Assembly: GCF_006345805.1 (NCBI RefSeq)
Contig: NC_043006.1
Location: 25,420,001-25,484,000 of the forward strand
Origin: Octopus sinensis
Taxonomy: Eukaryota
Length of the DNA: 64,000 nucleotides
Direction of reading: 5' to 3'
Part shown: one piece after another, positions 1 to 13,573 of the stretch
Layout: every line of letters starts with the position of its first letter
How positions within the stretch are numbered: position 1 is the stretch's first letter
Notes under the pieces: generated by a model
Database searches by the model: none
The model's input: the letters and a program-made list of their open reading frames with translations, nothing else
Told to the model about the DNA's origin: nothing
Made by a program: the position numbers and the translations under genes

Positions 1-593
1 ATGTAATAAGTGCTTGTGCTATCCACTTTTGCAACATGAAAGCTTTTAACATTATTGATTAGATTTGCGCCTTTCAGGATATTTTTCGATTGTTCACCAT
101 AAATAGTTTAAGCTGACTTTTTCGGCTTTTTAGTGGCAAGAAAGACAATGAGCATTTGAAAGCCCAAGACTGTTAGATAACTCTGTTATCAATCAATTTT
201 GTTAATCTGACATTCTAAGATGGCATTAAAAGACTACAGATGTTGTCATTGTTTTAAGATTGACTTTGCCCATGGTCAGAGAAAACAAGGACTGGTAAAC
301 TTTTCTGTTGAAATACTATCCCAATAAACTTCATAAACAAAAATCAAGATAAGCTTTAAGATAACATACAAGAGAAGCAATTGGAAGTTCTAAAGGAATA
401 AAGAAAAACATACCTTTTCCATTATTAAAGAGGAATTTGATGAAGCTCTAAAACATAATATAAAGAATTAAGAAATCATGTGGTTTTCATACATGATCTG
501 GGAACCCTGTTTAAAAAACTGTTCATTCATTTGTTTTTTTTTCACACACACACACACACACACATTCATAACTCTTATTTTGTTGGTTTCCAG

Positions 594-719
594 GGAAACT
601 GGTCTTCTTGTGCAAAGTATTGAACCTGGCAGTAAAATCGGTTGTGATGGAAGGCTTAAGCCAGATGATCGCATTGTCGAGATTAATGGAGTTAATCTCA
701 TGGGAATCTCTTTTGACAA
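594..719 (+). CDS. PARD3: Par-3/Bazooka exon (PDZ1, C-terminal part); gene begins upstream of the window
   Basis: tttccag acceptor, AA|gtaaat donor; encodes ETGLLVQSIEPGSKIGCDGRLKPDDRIVEINGVNLMGISFD, a PDZ fold; phase 2 joins the 4495 exon in frame. Confidence 0.92.
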
Positions 720-967
720 GTAAATAAATTTGTATTTTTTTTGTATGTGTTTAAATGCAATTGTGTTTGTTAGTGTCTGCTTGCATGGATCAGATGAAAT
801 TCATTGATGCAGATGTTCTACAATTGAATTGCCTTCCTGTTGCCAACCCTCATTTGTTCCCAAGCAAGATATTGCCCCCAGTCCTTAGAACATAAACAGT
901 ATACTATCAGAATTAGTTTCCATGGAAGATGGCAAACATATGCATGTGTGTGTGTAAGAACACACAC

Positions 968-1858
968 ACACATATATATAAGATCACACAGACACATATA
1001 AGAACAGACATGCCATTCAAACAGATTACAGAGGCCACACACATAGTAATAGACAGACCGAGCCTCAACAGAAAACACAAATGGCACAATAACACCCACC
1101 ACCATCACATCATGCAATACAACTGCTAAAGACAGAAGGGAAAAACAAACAAAAAACATACAAACAGTGTGAAATACACACAAAAGACAAACATGCACAT
1201 ACTTATGATGAAATATAAGAAATAGAGATAAAGATAAATAAGTAAACAAAAAAAGCTATATAAAGGGTACAGATACAAACAATATAGTAAGCAGACCCAT
1301 ATACACACACACAAACACACATACAGTAACTTCACACACGGCTGTAACAACACAAACAACAACAACCACAATGGCAACAACATGAATGAACACACAAACA
1401 CAGAAAGATACAAGAACAATATCAAAATAAGGTCAAGAACAGCAGTAACAGAAGAGAAAATATCAGGGTGGATCAACATATCAAGTATTGGTAGCACTTA
1501 GAGCAACAACTATATAAAGGGCATGAATACAAACAATATAGTAAACAAACCCATATACACACACACACACAATTACACATACAAAATATATATATATGTG
1601 CACATGCATACACACACACACATAGATACAGATGCATATGCATCCACAGATAAGGATACACATCATAGAAATACTAAAGGGTCTAAACAGAACAGGCGGA
1701 TACACATGGATGGAAGAGTTGCGTAAGAGGTCACAGATGTGTGACGGAAGATTTCCAGACAATGAACATATGATAAAATAAGAACAAAGAATAAATATAT
1801 AGTGCACGTGTTTATTTGTCAAGTAAAAAAAAGATGACCATCCCAAGATATAACAATA
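968..1858 (+). mobile_element. Decayed 3' fragment of a Penelope-like element (GIY-YIG C-terminus, CA-rich 3' region, degenerate hammerhead motif)
   Basis: Encodes KQITEATHIVIDRPSLNRKHKW; homologous to both arms at 12228-14355; degenerate hammerhead-like motif at ~1717-1762. Confidence 0.7.
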
Positions 1859-2015
1859 TATATATATGTATATCATCATCATCATCATTTATATATATAT
1901 ATATGTATGTATGTATATATGTATGTATGCACGCATGAGTCACATAAGATCAGCCGTGATGGATATTTAATACTATACATTACAGATAATATGTATGTGT
2001 ATATATATATATATA

Positions 2016-2380
2016 TCATTATCATCATCTAACGTCCGCTTTCCATGCTAGCATGGGTTGGATGATTTGACTGAGGACTAGCGAACCAGATAGCTGCACC
2101 AGGCCCCAATGTGATTTGGCAGAGTTTCTACAGCTGGATGCCCTTCCTAACGCCACCCACTCTGAGAGTGTAGTGGGTGCTTTTACATGCCACTGGCACG
2201 AGGGTTAATCAGGTGGTACTGGCAATGGCCACGCTCAAATGGTGTTTTTTACGTACCACCTGCACAGGAGCTAGTCCAGCGGCACTGGCAATGACCTCAC
2301 TTGAATGTTTTTTCATGTCCAACCGGCACAAGAGCCAGTAAGGCGATGCTGGTAACGATCACACTCGAATGGTGCCTTTC
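2016..2380 (-). mobile_element. Repeat family A (RTE-LINE 3' end or RTE-dependent SINE) with (GAT)n tail
   Basis: Shares catcatcat...ttccatgctagcatgggttgg...ggatgcccttcctaacgcc with at least 8 other copies in the window. Confidence 0.8.
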
Positions 2381-2389
2381 CTAGTCAAA

Positions 2390-3260
2390 TTCTTCAATTT
2401 TTTTCTGATGTAATCTTTGCCCTGTGGGACCTTGCATTATCACATTGAAACTCCACTCCCTTACGATTTGCCAAAGAAGACCTTTCTTCAAAACAACATC
2501 TAAATACTCTAATTGTTGGTAATAAGTATGAGCAGTAAGTGTTGCAGCTCAAAGTGAATGACTGCAAGGCAATCCTACCAAACAGAAAGAAAAACCTTTT
2601 TTGCATGGAAGTCCTTTTTTGGGTTGGGGTTTAGCCTGTTCTCCACAACTGAGCCATTGCCTACGTCACCTAACATTTTCATAAAAAATCCATTGTTCCC
2701 CACCATCCTATCCAGGTGGGGAACTTATACACCATGAAACCAGAAAACCAGCCCTTGTGAGTTGGCATGATTTGAGAAGGTAAACTTTGTTTCACCAGTC
2801 ACTAGTCTATCCAAAAATGGTGAGATATAGTTACGAGAGTGAAGAGATGAGCAGATGGCCACCCATGATTTTTGGTTGGCTTCTGTCAAATAATGGGGAA
2901 CTCATTTTCTGAGTTTGAACATCTTTCCAAGTTGTTGAAGATAGCAGTGAACAGTTGAATAGCTTGAATTGAGCATGCTTGCCAATTCTTCAACTGACAC
3001 AGCATTATACCTCTCAATCTCTGACAAAAGAAGGTCATCATCAAATTCAAAAGGGCATTCTATTCATGGCCCCTCCCTTGAGCTGAAAATCACCGTTTTT
3101 GAACTTTGCAAACAATTTTCTGTAACTTTTTTCATTTAAGCACACTTCTCCATAAACAGAATGAATAGTTTGGATTGCTTCCACTGCACCGTTTCCATTT
3201 ATGAACTCGTAAAGCATTATGTGCTTTAAATGCTACTTCAATACATTCATCTTTGAGAGG
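2390..3260 (-). pseudogene. Decayed mariner-family transposase
   Basis: Minus-strand remnants PFLDRLVTGE (~2790-2820) and ANRKGVEFQCDNARSHRAKIT resemble mariner DD34D motifs (VTGDEKW, HDNARPH); boundaries approximate. Confidence 0.65.
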
Positions 3261-4494
3261 TTCATTAATATTAGTAATTAATTCAGTCAGATTATTCTGT
3301 AAAAAGAAATATTAGATTAGAGGTTTCCAACTCCATATGAGTATCAATCAATATCATTTGACATTTTAGAATACTGTAAAATTTACTAGAAAATACATAT
3401 GTGATATTTCAGACATTATTTATGGGAATGCCTGATAATTACTTAGACTCAATTGTTATATAACATTTCATTGTCGAAAATAACCTGAAAGTTATTGAAA
3501 ATACAAAAATAAAGACTAAATTATGAAAATTTGACTTTGTTGGAATTTGAATTGTATGTTTGTACATATATGTATATCTGTATGTGTGTGACTGAACTAA
3601 ACAAGTTAGCAGTTTTGTGTATCTTTTTTCTCCTGTATAATATCCATTTATTTTTGTTGTCGTCGTCATCCCCCCACCCCACCCACCCAATATGTGACTT
3701 ATATTAGTTTGACAGAGGGTTGAAGAGTTGCCATATTCCTCTATGTTCAATGTTTGTGCACACTTGTGAGGACACTTTTTTTTTCTTTCTTTTCTTTCTC
3801 AATTACATATGGAATAAGGTTGCTGAAAGGAAAATTTTACCAAAGGCTTTTAATCTCTTAACCTAAACATGTCTGTTTTTTTTGTCACAAAATATATTTT
3901 ATTACAAATTAAAAGCAGTTCTACTAATGTAAACGTTATCAGTCACACACATTCTATGTGCAACCAATAAGGTTTACATATTTTATATTAACTAATACAT
4001 GCCTACAAATGACCTATTTGAGATCATTTTATGAACAGGCAGCTAAATAGCCCTTGAACCACACTTTACCATCTTAAAAAGGATGGACATATTGGTTAAT
4101 GTGATTCTTGATAAATCATTTGAAAATAAGATGGTGGTGATCGTAGCTTGCTGTGCTTTGATCATGTGTCTACCTGATCAGAGCTGACCTAGGTCTAAAT
4201 AACAACTTGTATTGTATATTATTACATAGAAGTATATGCATATATTTTCAGTAATTAGATGCAGTCATCATTCTCTAATTTTGCACCTTTTATAAAATTT
4301 ACCATGTCAATAGATACTATGCCAATATTTCTTATAATACTACGAGTAATTGTATGTTTGGTTGTTATATACACAGTTATATTAATTTATAAATTCATAA
4401 ATTCTTCTGTGTAAAAAGTTGAAAAACAAAATATTTTCCTTTATTTTTTTATACAAGTTAAATTTTTTTGACTTCATAACTTTTATTTTAACAG

Positions 4495-4985
4495 TGCACA
4501 GAATATTTTTCGAGATGCCATGAGGACTGATGAAATTCAACTAAAGGTGCTAAAATCTATCCCGCCCCCATTACCCAAAAAACCACCTCCTTTGCTTCCA
4601 AAGCCAACAGTTCGGAATCAAAAGCCTTTGCCTAAATCAAAACCACAAAAGTTTCCTTCCCCTGAAGACTTTGATGAGCAAACAGAAACTGCTATAAATG
4701 AGAATTCTCAACAGACAGATGAAAAATTATCTGAAAATCAATATTCAATTCCCCCTTCACTTGACACAAGCCAATGTGCCTTTGATAAAGAAAATGACAT
4801 TTATTTTAAAAGTACATCAAGCGGTGAAGAAGAATCTAATCCATCTTCACCAAATAAAAAAGTACCACCTGCAGTGCCTGCAAGGCATCCCACCACTGCT
4901 TTGTCAACAAAAGATAAATCTGCTTTTAGTGCTTCCACAAATACTCGAAAAATTGGCAAGAAACTTTTAATACAACTAAAGAAAG
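4495..4985 (+). CDS. PARD3: Par-3 exon (end of PDZ1, proline-rich linker, start of PDZ2)
   Basis: ttttaacag acceptor, G|gtgatt donor; AQNIFRDAMRTDEIQLKV...PPPLPKKPPP...ASTNTRKIGKKLLIQLKK, where NTRKIG is the Par-3 PDZ2 lead-in. Confidence 0.93.
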
Positions 4986-5851
4986 GTGATTATTTTACGT
5001 TTTTATTATCATTTGAATTCTAGTGGATCTGACTAATGCATTCTTTCAGCCATCTATCTTTATTCAATTTTCAAATAAGATTTTAACGTTTTTTAGACCA
5101 TATATTGTTATTTATCTAATTTTCAAAAATATTTGCGTGTTATATAAATTAATACATCCAACAATACATAAATCAATAATGTGACTACTCCCAAACAAAT
5201 ACCTTTTCAGCTCCTCAAAGAACTTTTGAGACAACAGAATGGGCAAATAAAATTTAGCTTTGTATGCATTTACATGTTAAAGTTCTGATGATAGTACTGA
5301 CATTGGAGATGTTCCCTTCACCCCTTTGAGCATTTACACAAAAAAATTATAATATCCAGTGGAAACTGAAATTACTGTCTAATTTATATGCAACCACAAC
5401 TGTTTTGATTTGGATTAATTGTAAGAGAAATGCCCATGAGTGTACCTCTTTCTTTCCCCTTGTGCACAAAATCTCACAAGACTTTTATCCACTTGTTTAT
5501 ATCTATTTCTTATTAGCACTGTGTACTTATTCATTTTGGTTTCTAATTTTAATATTAAAATGTATTGGTAATAAAATGTTAATTTTATATGGAGTTTTCT
5601 TGTACATAGAATGGCAAAAATCCCTCAGACTAGCCATTCTTTTAACAACAAATGTTTGGTATGCAAACCATGGTAAATACCATCTGCTTAACTTCACCAG
5701 CACCTCACCAATGGACATGTAAAATGTAAGAGGTTTTTCTGTTGTACCTTGTATAATGTGTTTAATATGATAAAAAAAATTCCTTTGAAGTGTAATTTTA
5801 GCTGTTTGTTCAAATAGTATTTTGCAAAGCAGAAAAGCTATGAACTATTAA

Positions 5852-6088
<237 letters not shown>

Positions 6089-7329
6089 TGACACAAACAA
6101 TTCAGTAAAGCACAAGCATATCTTGGAATTTTGCACTTACAGAAATTTTAAAATATGACCACTAGTTTTGGGATATGTCTTGTAATTCTGTCCATATAGA
6201 AACTTGTATATTTTAATTTTAAAAATAAAATCAGTTTTTTAAATTTTTTTATTTTGACCATAACCTTACCATATGTTCCCTCCTCTACCCCACTACCTTA
6301 TTTGTGCAGGTACCAATTCATCTGATCTTGCTTTTTATTGATCTTCAACATACTTGTCAGCATCTACCCAACCATCCTTACCTTCATTGTACATGCATCA
6401 ATCCAACTGACCAGACTTTAATCAAACAGTACTTCTTTCTGTTTCACTTCTCTACTTTCATTTTCTCTTTTATATTTTTGTATCCAGAGTAACGAGGCAA
6501 ATATTTTCTGTTAATGCAGAACATCATTACATTCCTGTTTTACTTATTTGGTGTGGATTTCTTGTCTATCGTCACTATTTTAGAAATTGACTACTAATGG
6601 TACACTACATTTCCCTTATTCAAGCTAATAGGAAAGAGACCATCAAGTGAAAGTGAAAATTAATTTGAAAAGGAATTGTGTAAGGATTACATTGGACATT
6701 AAACCTGATGTGTGACAAAATTTCAGTGCAGTTTGGTCAGTTTGCAAAAATATTAAAGCTTGCTGGAATAACATATAACAACAAATATTAAATTAGGTCA
6801 AGTGCTCAACCAATTACTCTGTTAAAGGTCCAGACAGTTTTTTTTCCATTTTACTCATAGATCCAAATCGATGCTTAAAGCAAAGTTTAAAATAGATTAA
6901 TCAATGATCAGACAGGACATGATGTGCTAATAAACTCAGTGGTTATCCAAGTGAGAGCTAAAAATTGTGTGACAATTTGCATGCAGAAAGCAGAAGTGCA
7001 ACTTCTGATGCAAAACCTTTTCCTGCTATTAAACTTTGGTTTGGAAAATTTTGAAGGTACCTTAGTTTGGACATTAAAATGACCTGTAAAACTGCTAGTG
7101 TTCATACAGAGACTGCTATCAGTTAGTCTGGGAAATTAAGAATTAATGTTGCAGGATGCTTGTACACCAGAGATGTAGGTCACTTTTCCACCCCTTTCAT
7201 TTTCTCCTACTTTTACATCCAAAGGATTGAGACATTTATTATTACTAGTAGGCTTTCAAAAAGCCTCCCCCACCTGAATAATACACCTATTAATACATTT
7301 ATTTCAAACAAGGCTTTAAAACTTCCAAC

Positions 7330-8330
7330 GATCATCTGTTGAGGAAAATACTGCTGGTAATATGAAATTAATGTCTCTACTTGTGTTCATTCCCAAATCT
7401 AAGTTTAAGCTGATTTGGATTTGTTGTTCAAATTATAAGACTAAGTGACTACAAATCCTTTTCCAAGACTTTACAATTTTTTTCTTTTTTTTTCTTTCTT
7501 ACCACAGAAAAGTATAGTGCCAGATAAAATATTTCCAACAGAGCATTGCACCTTTTAGACAATGCACTCAGTCAGCCAGTGAACTCCAGTGATATTTCTG
7601 ATAATGTAAAAGTGGGATCTTTTCCTTTTGAACGGCAGTTTGTAACATAATTTCTAGGTAACTAAAAAATTTAAAACTTCGTATACTGGTAGAATGTATT
7701 TACAAAAAAAACTTAGCAGTGTCGTATGAAATTGTCACCCATAATTATAACCCTAGTATCAATCTATTGCATTTCAATCTATTTTAGATTTAGGGTTAGA
7801 GTTAGGGTTGGGGGTGGGGGAAGGGTATCTTTTTTTCTTCACAAATGTAAATAAACCCAATCTGTTTCTTAAACGAGGGACATATTCATTATGCACAGAA
7901 TGTTATTTACCTAAATGGGCGCCAGTGATTGGTTAAAATTGCCGAAATGCAAGAAATTAAAGACAAAATATGTTACAACCTATAGAATTTTCTCAATAAA
8001 GCCAAGAGAAAATGATGTTTTATAAACACATTCTACCAGTATATGAAGTTTAAAACTTTTTAGTTACCTAGAAATTATGTTACAAACTGCCGTTCAAAAG
8101 GAAAAGATCCTAAAAGTGGAATATATCCCTAAGTATACAACTTCTTTGTTCTAGCCAATGGGACAAAATGTGATATCTAACTTCAAGGTATATTAACTGG
8201 GAACATTGAAGTAACTCATAAATGCAGTTGATGAGGAAGATAAATCTACATTCAACGATTTATGACAAAAGTTTAATATAATGGAATTAGTGGATGATAT
8301 AGCCAAGGTGCAGAATGAAATGAAACCCTC
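7330..8330 (+). pseudogene. Decayed pogo/Tigger DDE transposase interrupted by a MITE
   Basis: LLDNALSQPVNSSDISDNVKV before the MITE and EYIPKYTTSLF*PMGQNVISNFKVY after it match the Tigger LLDNA..H / FLPPNTTS.LQPMDQG motifs. Confidence 0.7.
7615..8110. mobile_element. MITE with GG...CC termini and 8-bp TSD (Merlin-like)
   Basis: TIR ggatcttttccttttgaacggcagtttg extends ~90 bp; perfect TSD taaaagtg at 7607-7614 and 8111-8118; related copy at 61813-62282. Confidence 0.88.
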
Positions 8331-8576
8331 AGCTATGAATTAAATATCTACCTACCTACTTACCCACCTGCCTATCAAACTCTCACCAATGCACAAGTAA
8401 CCTAGACATCTCACAGACACTGTCCATCTCAATTTTTTCTATTCAATCATTTCAGAAAAATAGATGAATGATTATTTTGTTTACTGTCAGTTTTATATTC
8501 CTTGACTGCTTCAGGTACCAAATTCATCTTTAGGGGCAATACATCAGAAGCAAAGTATTTTAAGCATAATTTATTG

Positions 8577-8852
8577 CCAGCGCCGCCCCGACTGGCCTCC
8601 GTGCCGGTAGCACGTAAAAAGCACCATCTGATCATGGCCGTTGCCAGCCCCGTCTGGCACCTGTGCCGGTGGCACGTAAAAAGTACCCACTACACTCACG
8701 GAGTGGTTGGCGTTAGGAAGGGCATCCAGCCGTAGAAACACTGCCAGATCAGACTGGGCCTGGTGCAGCCTTCTGGCTTCCTAGACCCCAGTTGAACCGT
8801 CCAACCCATGCTAGCATGGAAAGCGGACGCTAAATGATGATGATGATGATGA
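8577..8852 (+). mobile_element. Repeat family A copy
   Basis: ggttggcgttaggaagggcatccagccgtag...catggaaagcggacgctaaat(gat)n. Confidence 0.85.
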
Positions 8853-9189
8853 ATATATCAGAAGGTTCAACAGTGCAATGGCAATGTGCTCTATGAAAGT
8901 AGATGTTAAAAACTTATTTGTATTTTGATCTATTAAATGTTTCTTTTATTTCAATATTGTTTTTCTTATACTTATTTCTTTCTTGCATGCATACCTATAA
9001 TTCAAGGAAGCATATTATTATTTCAGACATAAAACAATGGATCATATACTGGTTCATATAATGTAATTCATGTTATGTAATCTCTTACTGTGTAATACAC
9101 TCTAAACAGATAAACAACCAAGCTATCGAAATGCATATTGCATAATTTGAACAGAAAGCTACACTCTATTCGTGTTCTTTTATTTTTTA

Positions 9190-9415
9190 CTAGCACTATG
9201 ACCCGGCAACGGTTTTGGATAGAAAATTCACAAAAAAGTCACTTCTATTGATTTTTTAATGGCTTTGCAGGGTGACTGGGGAAATATAAAGATGTGCACG
9301 ACCACGGTTTTGAATGACCATAGAAAGTGCGAGTCCTCTTACTGAAAAATTGTGGATTTGTATAAAGGACACACACGCAGACATTTTGCCATTTATATAT
9401 ATATATATATATAGA
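9190..9415 (-). mobile_element. Non-autonomous Helitron-like element
   Basis: Minus strand starts TCTATATATA... and ends ...gccgggtcatagtgCTAG followed by T. Confidence 0.6.
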
Positions 9416-9734
9416 GATTTCACACACACACACACGTGCATAGAAGCTTGTTTGTTCCTTTCAATTCACTTGGAAATTATCTTAGTTTATAACATAGAAA
9501 TCAATGGGAAAATGTGTTTCATGTTAGGGAATTTTACATTTTGGTAAGATTTTTAAGAATGTAGAATTCCATAAAGCTGGTAATGGCTGTATTCCTGATG
9601 AAAGCTTTCTGTTTGGTAAGTAACCAGAAAATATACAATTGTCTGTGAATCGTAAGTTAGGGTTGAAGTTAGTATTACTACCTAGAATGTGAAATATAGT
9701 TAAGCATATGCATTTTCTGTTTAACAGATATATA

Positions 9735-10005
9735 ATCATCGTCATCATCATCATCATCATATGTCTGCTTTCCATGCTGGCATGGGTTGGATGGTTTGAC
9801 TGAGGACTGGCAAGCCAGGAAGCTGCACCAGGCTCCAATCTTATCTGGCAAGGTTTCTACAGCTGGATGCCCTTCCTAACGCCAACCACTCCAAGAGTGT
9901 AGTGGGTGCTTTTTACATGCCACTGGCATTGACCACGTTCAAATGGTGCCTTTACATGCCACCGACACAGGAAGCAGCACTGATAACATCGACACTTGAA
10001 TGGTG
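9735..10005 (-). mobile_element. Repeat family A copy
   Basis: (CAT)n tail plus ggatgcccttcctaacgccaaccact core. Confidence 0.8.
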
Positions 10006-10178
10006 CTAAATTTAAAATGCTGAGTTTTATAAAAAATAATTAGGATTATTTATATTTTGATTTTTTTTTTAATGTTATTTGCAAAAGACCCTTTCCTTTT
10101 TTGTTTTTTGAAAACTACCCCTATCTTTCTTTATTGTGTATTTGAAGAAAAAAAATTTTAATTGACTATTCATGACAG

Positions 10179-10319
10179 GTAGACGGTGTTGAAATGACAG
10201 GAAAGAGCCAGATAGAAGCTGTGACAATTCTTCGTAATACCAAAATGGGTCATGATGTGGAGTTGCTAGTATCTCGACAAGAATTTGATAAGCCTCCAGC
10301 AAAACCTCCCCGAGAAAAT
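10179..10319 (+). CDS. PARD3: Par-3 exon (PDZ2 C-terminal half); absent from ORF track
   Basis: gacag acceptor, AAT|gtaagt donor; 47 codons VDGVEMTGKSQIEAVTILRNTKMGHDVELLVSRQEFDKPPAKPPREN. Confidence 0.95.
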
Positions 10320-10359
10320 GTAAGTAATCACCCTTCATTAAAATGTATAGAGAAAACTA

Positions 10360-10523
10360 TCTGTATATAATGTGTTTAATACCAGAAAGAGCATCTAAAT
10401 AATAAACGTTCTAATATTTTGTACATTTATAACATCTGGAGGTTGTTTATACCAAAACAAGTAAAACAATAAAAAAAAAGCTATGCCATTTTAATCCCGA
10501 GCAATGCCAGGTATCTGTGCTAG
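10360..10523 (+). mobile_element. Short Helitron-like remnant
   Basis: A|TCTGTATATAA start; cccgagcaatgccagg hairpin then CTAG|T end, similar to the end of 52687-53197. Confidence 0.55.
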
Positions 10524-11572
10524 TTAACAATATAGCTTAGCTCTTTTGTCATCGTATTTCGGTTGAAATATATTGCTTTTATTTTGATTAATTTTGAAAA
10601 TAAGGAAAAATTTAGGAATATAATTCTGTCATTAAACTGGTGTATGTAACATAAATTAAAGTTAAATTTTGATAAGTTTTAATTTAGATCACTTTAAGAT
10701 ATAAAGCTTTTATCATAGAACCAAGGGTAGTCTCAACTGGGTTGGTATCAAAAGGGTCAAGTAAATATAGACTAAATTTCCCAGAGCAGCTTTTATGGAG
10801 AGCACTCAAAGGCATCTTAAAAAGCAGCCATCCTAAACTCACTTTTTCTCTCTTGTGGGTGGCAGTGACTGCTGTTGCTGCTGTCATTGTTGACATTTCA
10901 CCCATGATCATCCATTCCCACCACATTTTTTTCTTTCTTTTGCAATCAAAGAGTTTCCAAAAATTACAAAAGATGGTAGAATGTGATTCAGAGGATATTG
11001 GGCTACCATTTTTAGCAGGTTGATTGACCACATAAAGATACTTCATTGGTTTCCATTACATGTGGTTGGTATTTTTGATGCATTCATATCTGTACAGCTA
11101 ACATCAGAATCAACTTTTTTTCCTTTCTGGAACAGTCATTCCATCTATGAATGATATATATCTGTGCTTATATTTGTCACTTTTGTTCCTATTAATGTAT
11201 TATGCTTATTAATTGAATTTTGTTGGAGGCATATTGCCATTTCAAATTGTTTCTGCATTTTAAGCATGGTTTTCTAGATGTTGGTAATTTTATATTTTGT
11301 TGAATTTACCTGTATCTACCTGCAATTAGAGTCACTTTGTAACAAAAATTATAGTATAGAATTGGTTGAGAACATTTCATTAAATTATCTTCCAAAAATC
11401 ACATTAATATATTGATGAATAAAAAAGTTATAGTTGTTTAATGAAACCAGACTAAATTTATGATTATGTTAGAAATTAATTGAAACACATAAGGGGTGTA
11501 TTTTGGTCAGAAATATAGTAACGAAAGGGTTAAGCATGGTTTTCTAGATGTTGGTAATATCTTGTGTTTCAG

Positions 11573-11812
11573 GTTGATAAGACTTCATCTCATTCTGCAT
11601 CTCCTGTTGTTATGGTTGACAATAAAGAAACTTCACCAAATCCAAGTAACCAAAATCATGAACTTATTGTTCTTGATATTCAACTCAATGAAACTAGCTC
11701 TGCAGGTCTTGGTGTTAGTGTTAAAGGCAATACCAATCCTTCTGAGTCTGGAACCAACCGTGATCTTGGTATTTTTATAAAAGCTATCATCAGTGGAGGT
11801 GCAGCATCTAAA
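11573..11812 (+). CDS. PARD3: Par-3 exon (PDZ3 N-terminal half)
   Basis: tttcag acceptor, AAA|gtaagc donor; LDIQLNETSSAGLGVSVKGN...DLGIFIKAIISGGAASK, the Par-3 PDZ3 signature. Confidence 0.96.
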
Positions 11813-12346
11813 GTAAGCATTTATATGTTTCATTTATGTTATTGCATTATCTTTTCCCATTCTTCATGTCACCTACCATTCTTTTATTTGATATTATAGT
11901 AGTTGTTATTCATTGACTTCACATCACCTCTGATCAAGCAGACCTAAGATGAAAGGCATTTTAGCTTTGACCATCTTGTCTTTGTTTTCAGGTGCCATCA
12001 TCATCATCATCATCGTCCTTTAACATCTGTTTTCCTTCCTGGTATGAGTTGGATTTCATTATGCAATGTGGTGGTTTTTCCCTTTTAAGGATGATATAGT
12101 TTGATTTGATGGAGATTTGATTGTGTGCCAAACAAACTTATGCACATAGAAATCTGTCTATATACACACACACATGTTTATGAATTTGTGTTGCAAGATT
12201 CCTGGTGTGAAATTGTGTTGAAACAGATATTGTTATATTTTGGGATGGTCAGTTTTTTTTTCTTTTCCTTTATTTTGCCAAATAAACACATGCACTATAT
12301 ATGTTCTTCACTCATTTATTACTGATCTTATTGTAACTCATGACCA

Positions 12347-12393
12347 TTGTCCAGAAATCTTTCGTCACACATCTGTGACCTCTTCAGCAACAC
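12347..12393 (-). ncRNA. Minimal type-I hammerhead ribozyme-like motif
   Basis: Minus strand tgttg CTGAAGA g gtcac agatgt gtgac GAAA gatt TC tggaca: conserved core boxes and stem II intact; stem I weak. Confidence 0.6.
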
Positions 12394-13573
12394 TTCGTCC
12401 TTGTGTATGGTCCTGCTCTGCTTAATCCATTCTGTTCTTCCATGCTGTTTCCTTATATACGCATGCATTTGCATCTGTATCTGTGTGCATGTGTGTGTAT
12501 GCATGTCTGTTTCTCATGTGTGCGTATGTGTGTATATATGCCCTCTATGTTGTTACCATTATCATTATTGTTCTTAGTGGTACTTTGACCCTCTCCCATC
12601 AACATTTACTCTTCTGTTGCTGTTGACCCTTCCTTTTGATATTGTTTTTGTATCTTTCTTGTGTTTGTGTGTTCATTCATGTTGTGATCATGGTTGTTGT
12701 TGCTGTTGTTGGCCATGTTGTTGATATTGTGGCTATTTGTGAAGTTACTGTATGTGTGTTTGTGTGTGTATATGGGTTTACTTAGTATGTTATTTGTATC
12801 TGTGCCCTTTATATAGTTTTTTCGCTTACTTATTTATTTCTATTTCTTATATTTATCATAGGTTTGTCTTTTGCATGTGTATTATGCTGTACCTGTTCCT
12901 TATATTTTCTCCCTTTTGTCTTTAGTTGTCATGTTGCATGGTGTGATGGTGAGGAGTGTTATTGTTCCATTCTTGCTTTCTGTTGAGGCTCGGTCTGTCT
13001 ATTACTATGTGTGTGGCCTCTGTAATTTGTCTAAGTATCGTGTCAGTTCTATGCGTCGATAATACCTTAACTTCTATGTTATTAAATGAGTCTATGTTCT
13101 GCTTGAGCATGTTAGTAGAGCACTGTTGAGCCTTTCTTCTCTTTGAGCTCCTGCCAATGTTCACCTATTTGCTCTCCTATTGCTGCATGCTGTCTCTCCA
13201 ATGTAAGTTGTTGTCTTGTTTCTTCACTGTCCCTCAGTACACCGTAAGCTGTAGTCTATAGTTATGGTGTACTGGGGGATGGTGCAGAAATAAGACAACT
13301 TACATTGGAGAGACATCACCAAGCAAATAGGCAAACACTGGTGGGAGCTCAAAGAGAAGAAAGGCTCAGTTAATAACATATAGGTTAAGGTATTTTCAAC
13401 ACATAGAACTGACACAACACTTAGACAGATTACAGAGGCCACGCACATAGTAATAGACAGACCAAGCCTCAACAGAAAACACAAATGGGACAATCACCCC
13501 TCACCACCACACCACACATAACAACTAAAGCCAGAAGAGAGAAAGGAAAATAAGGAACAGATAAAACAGTGTA

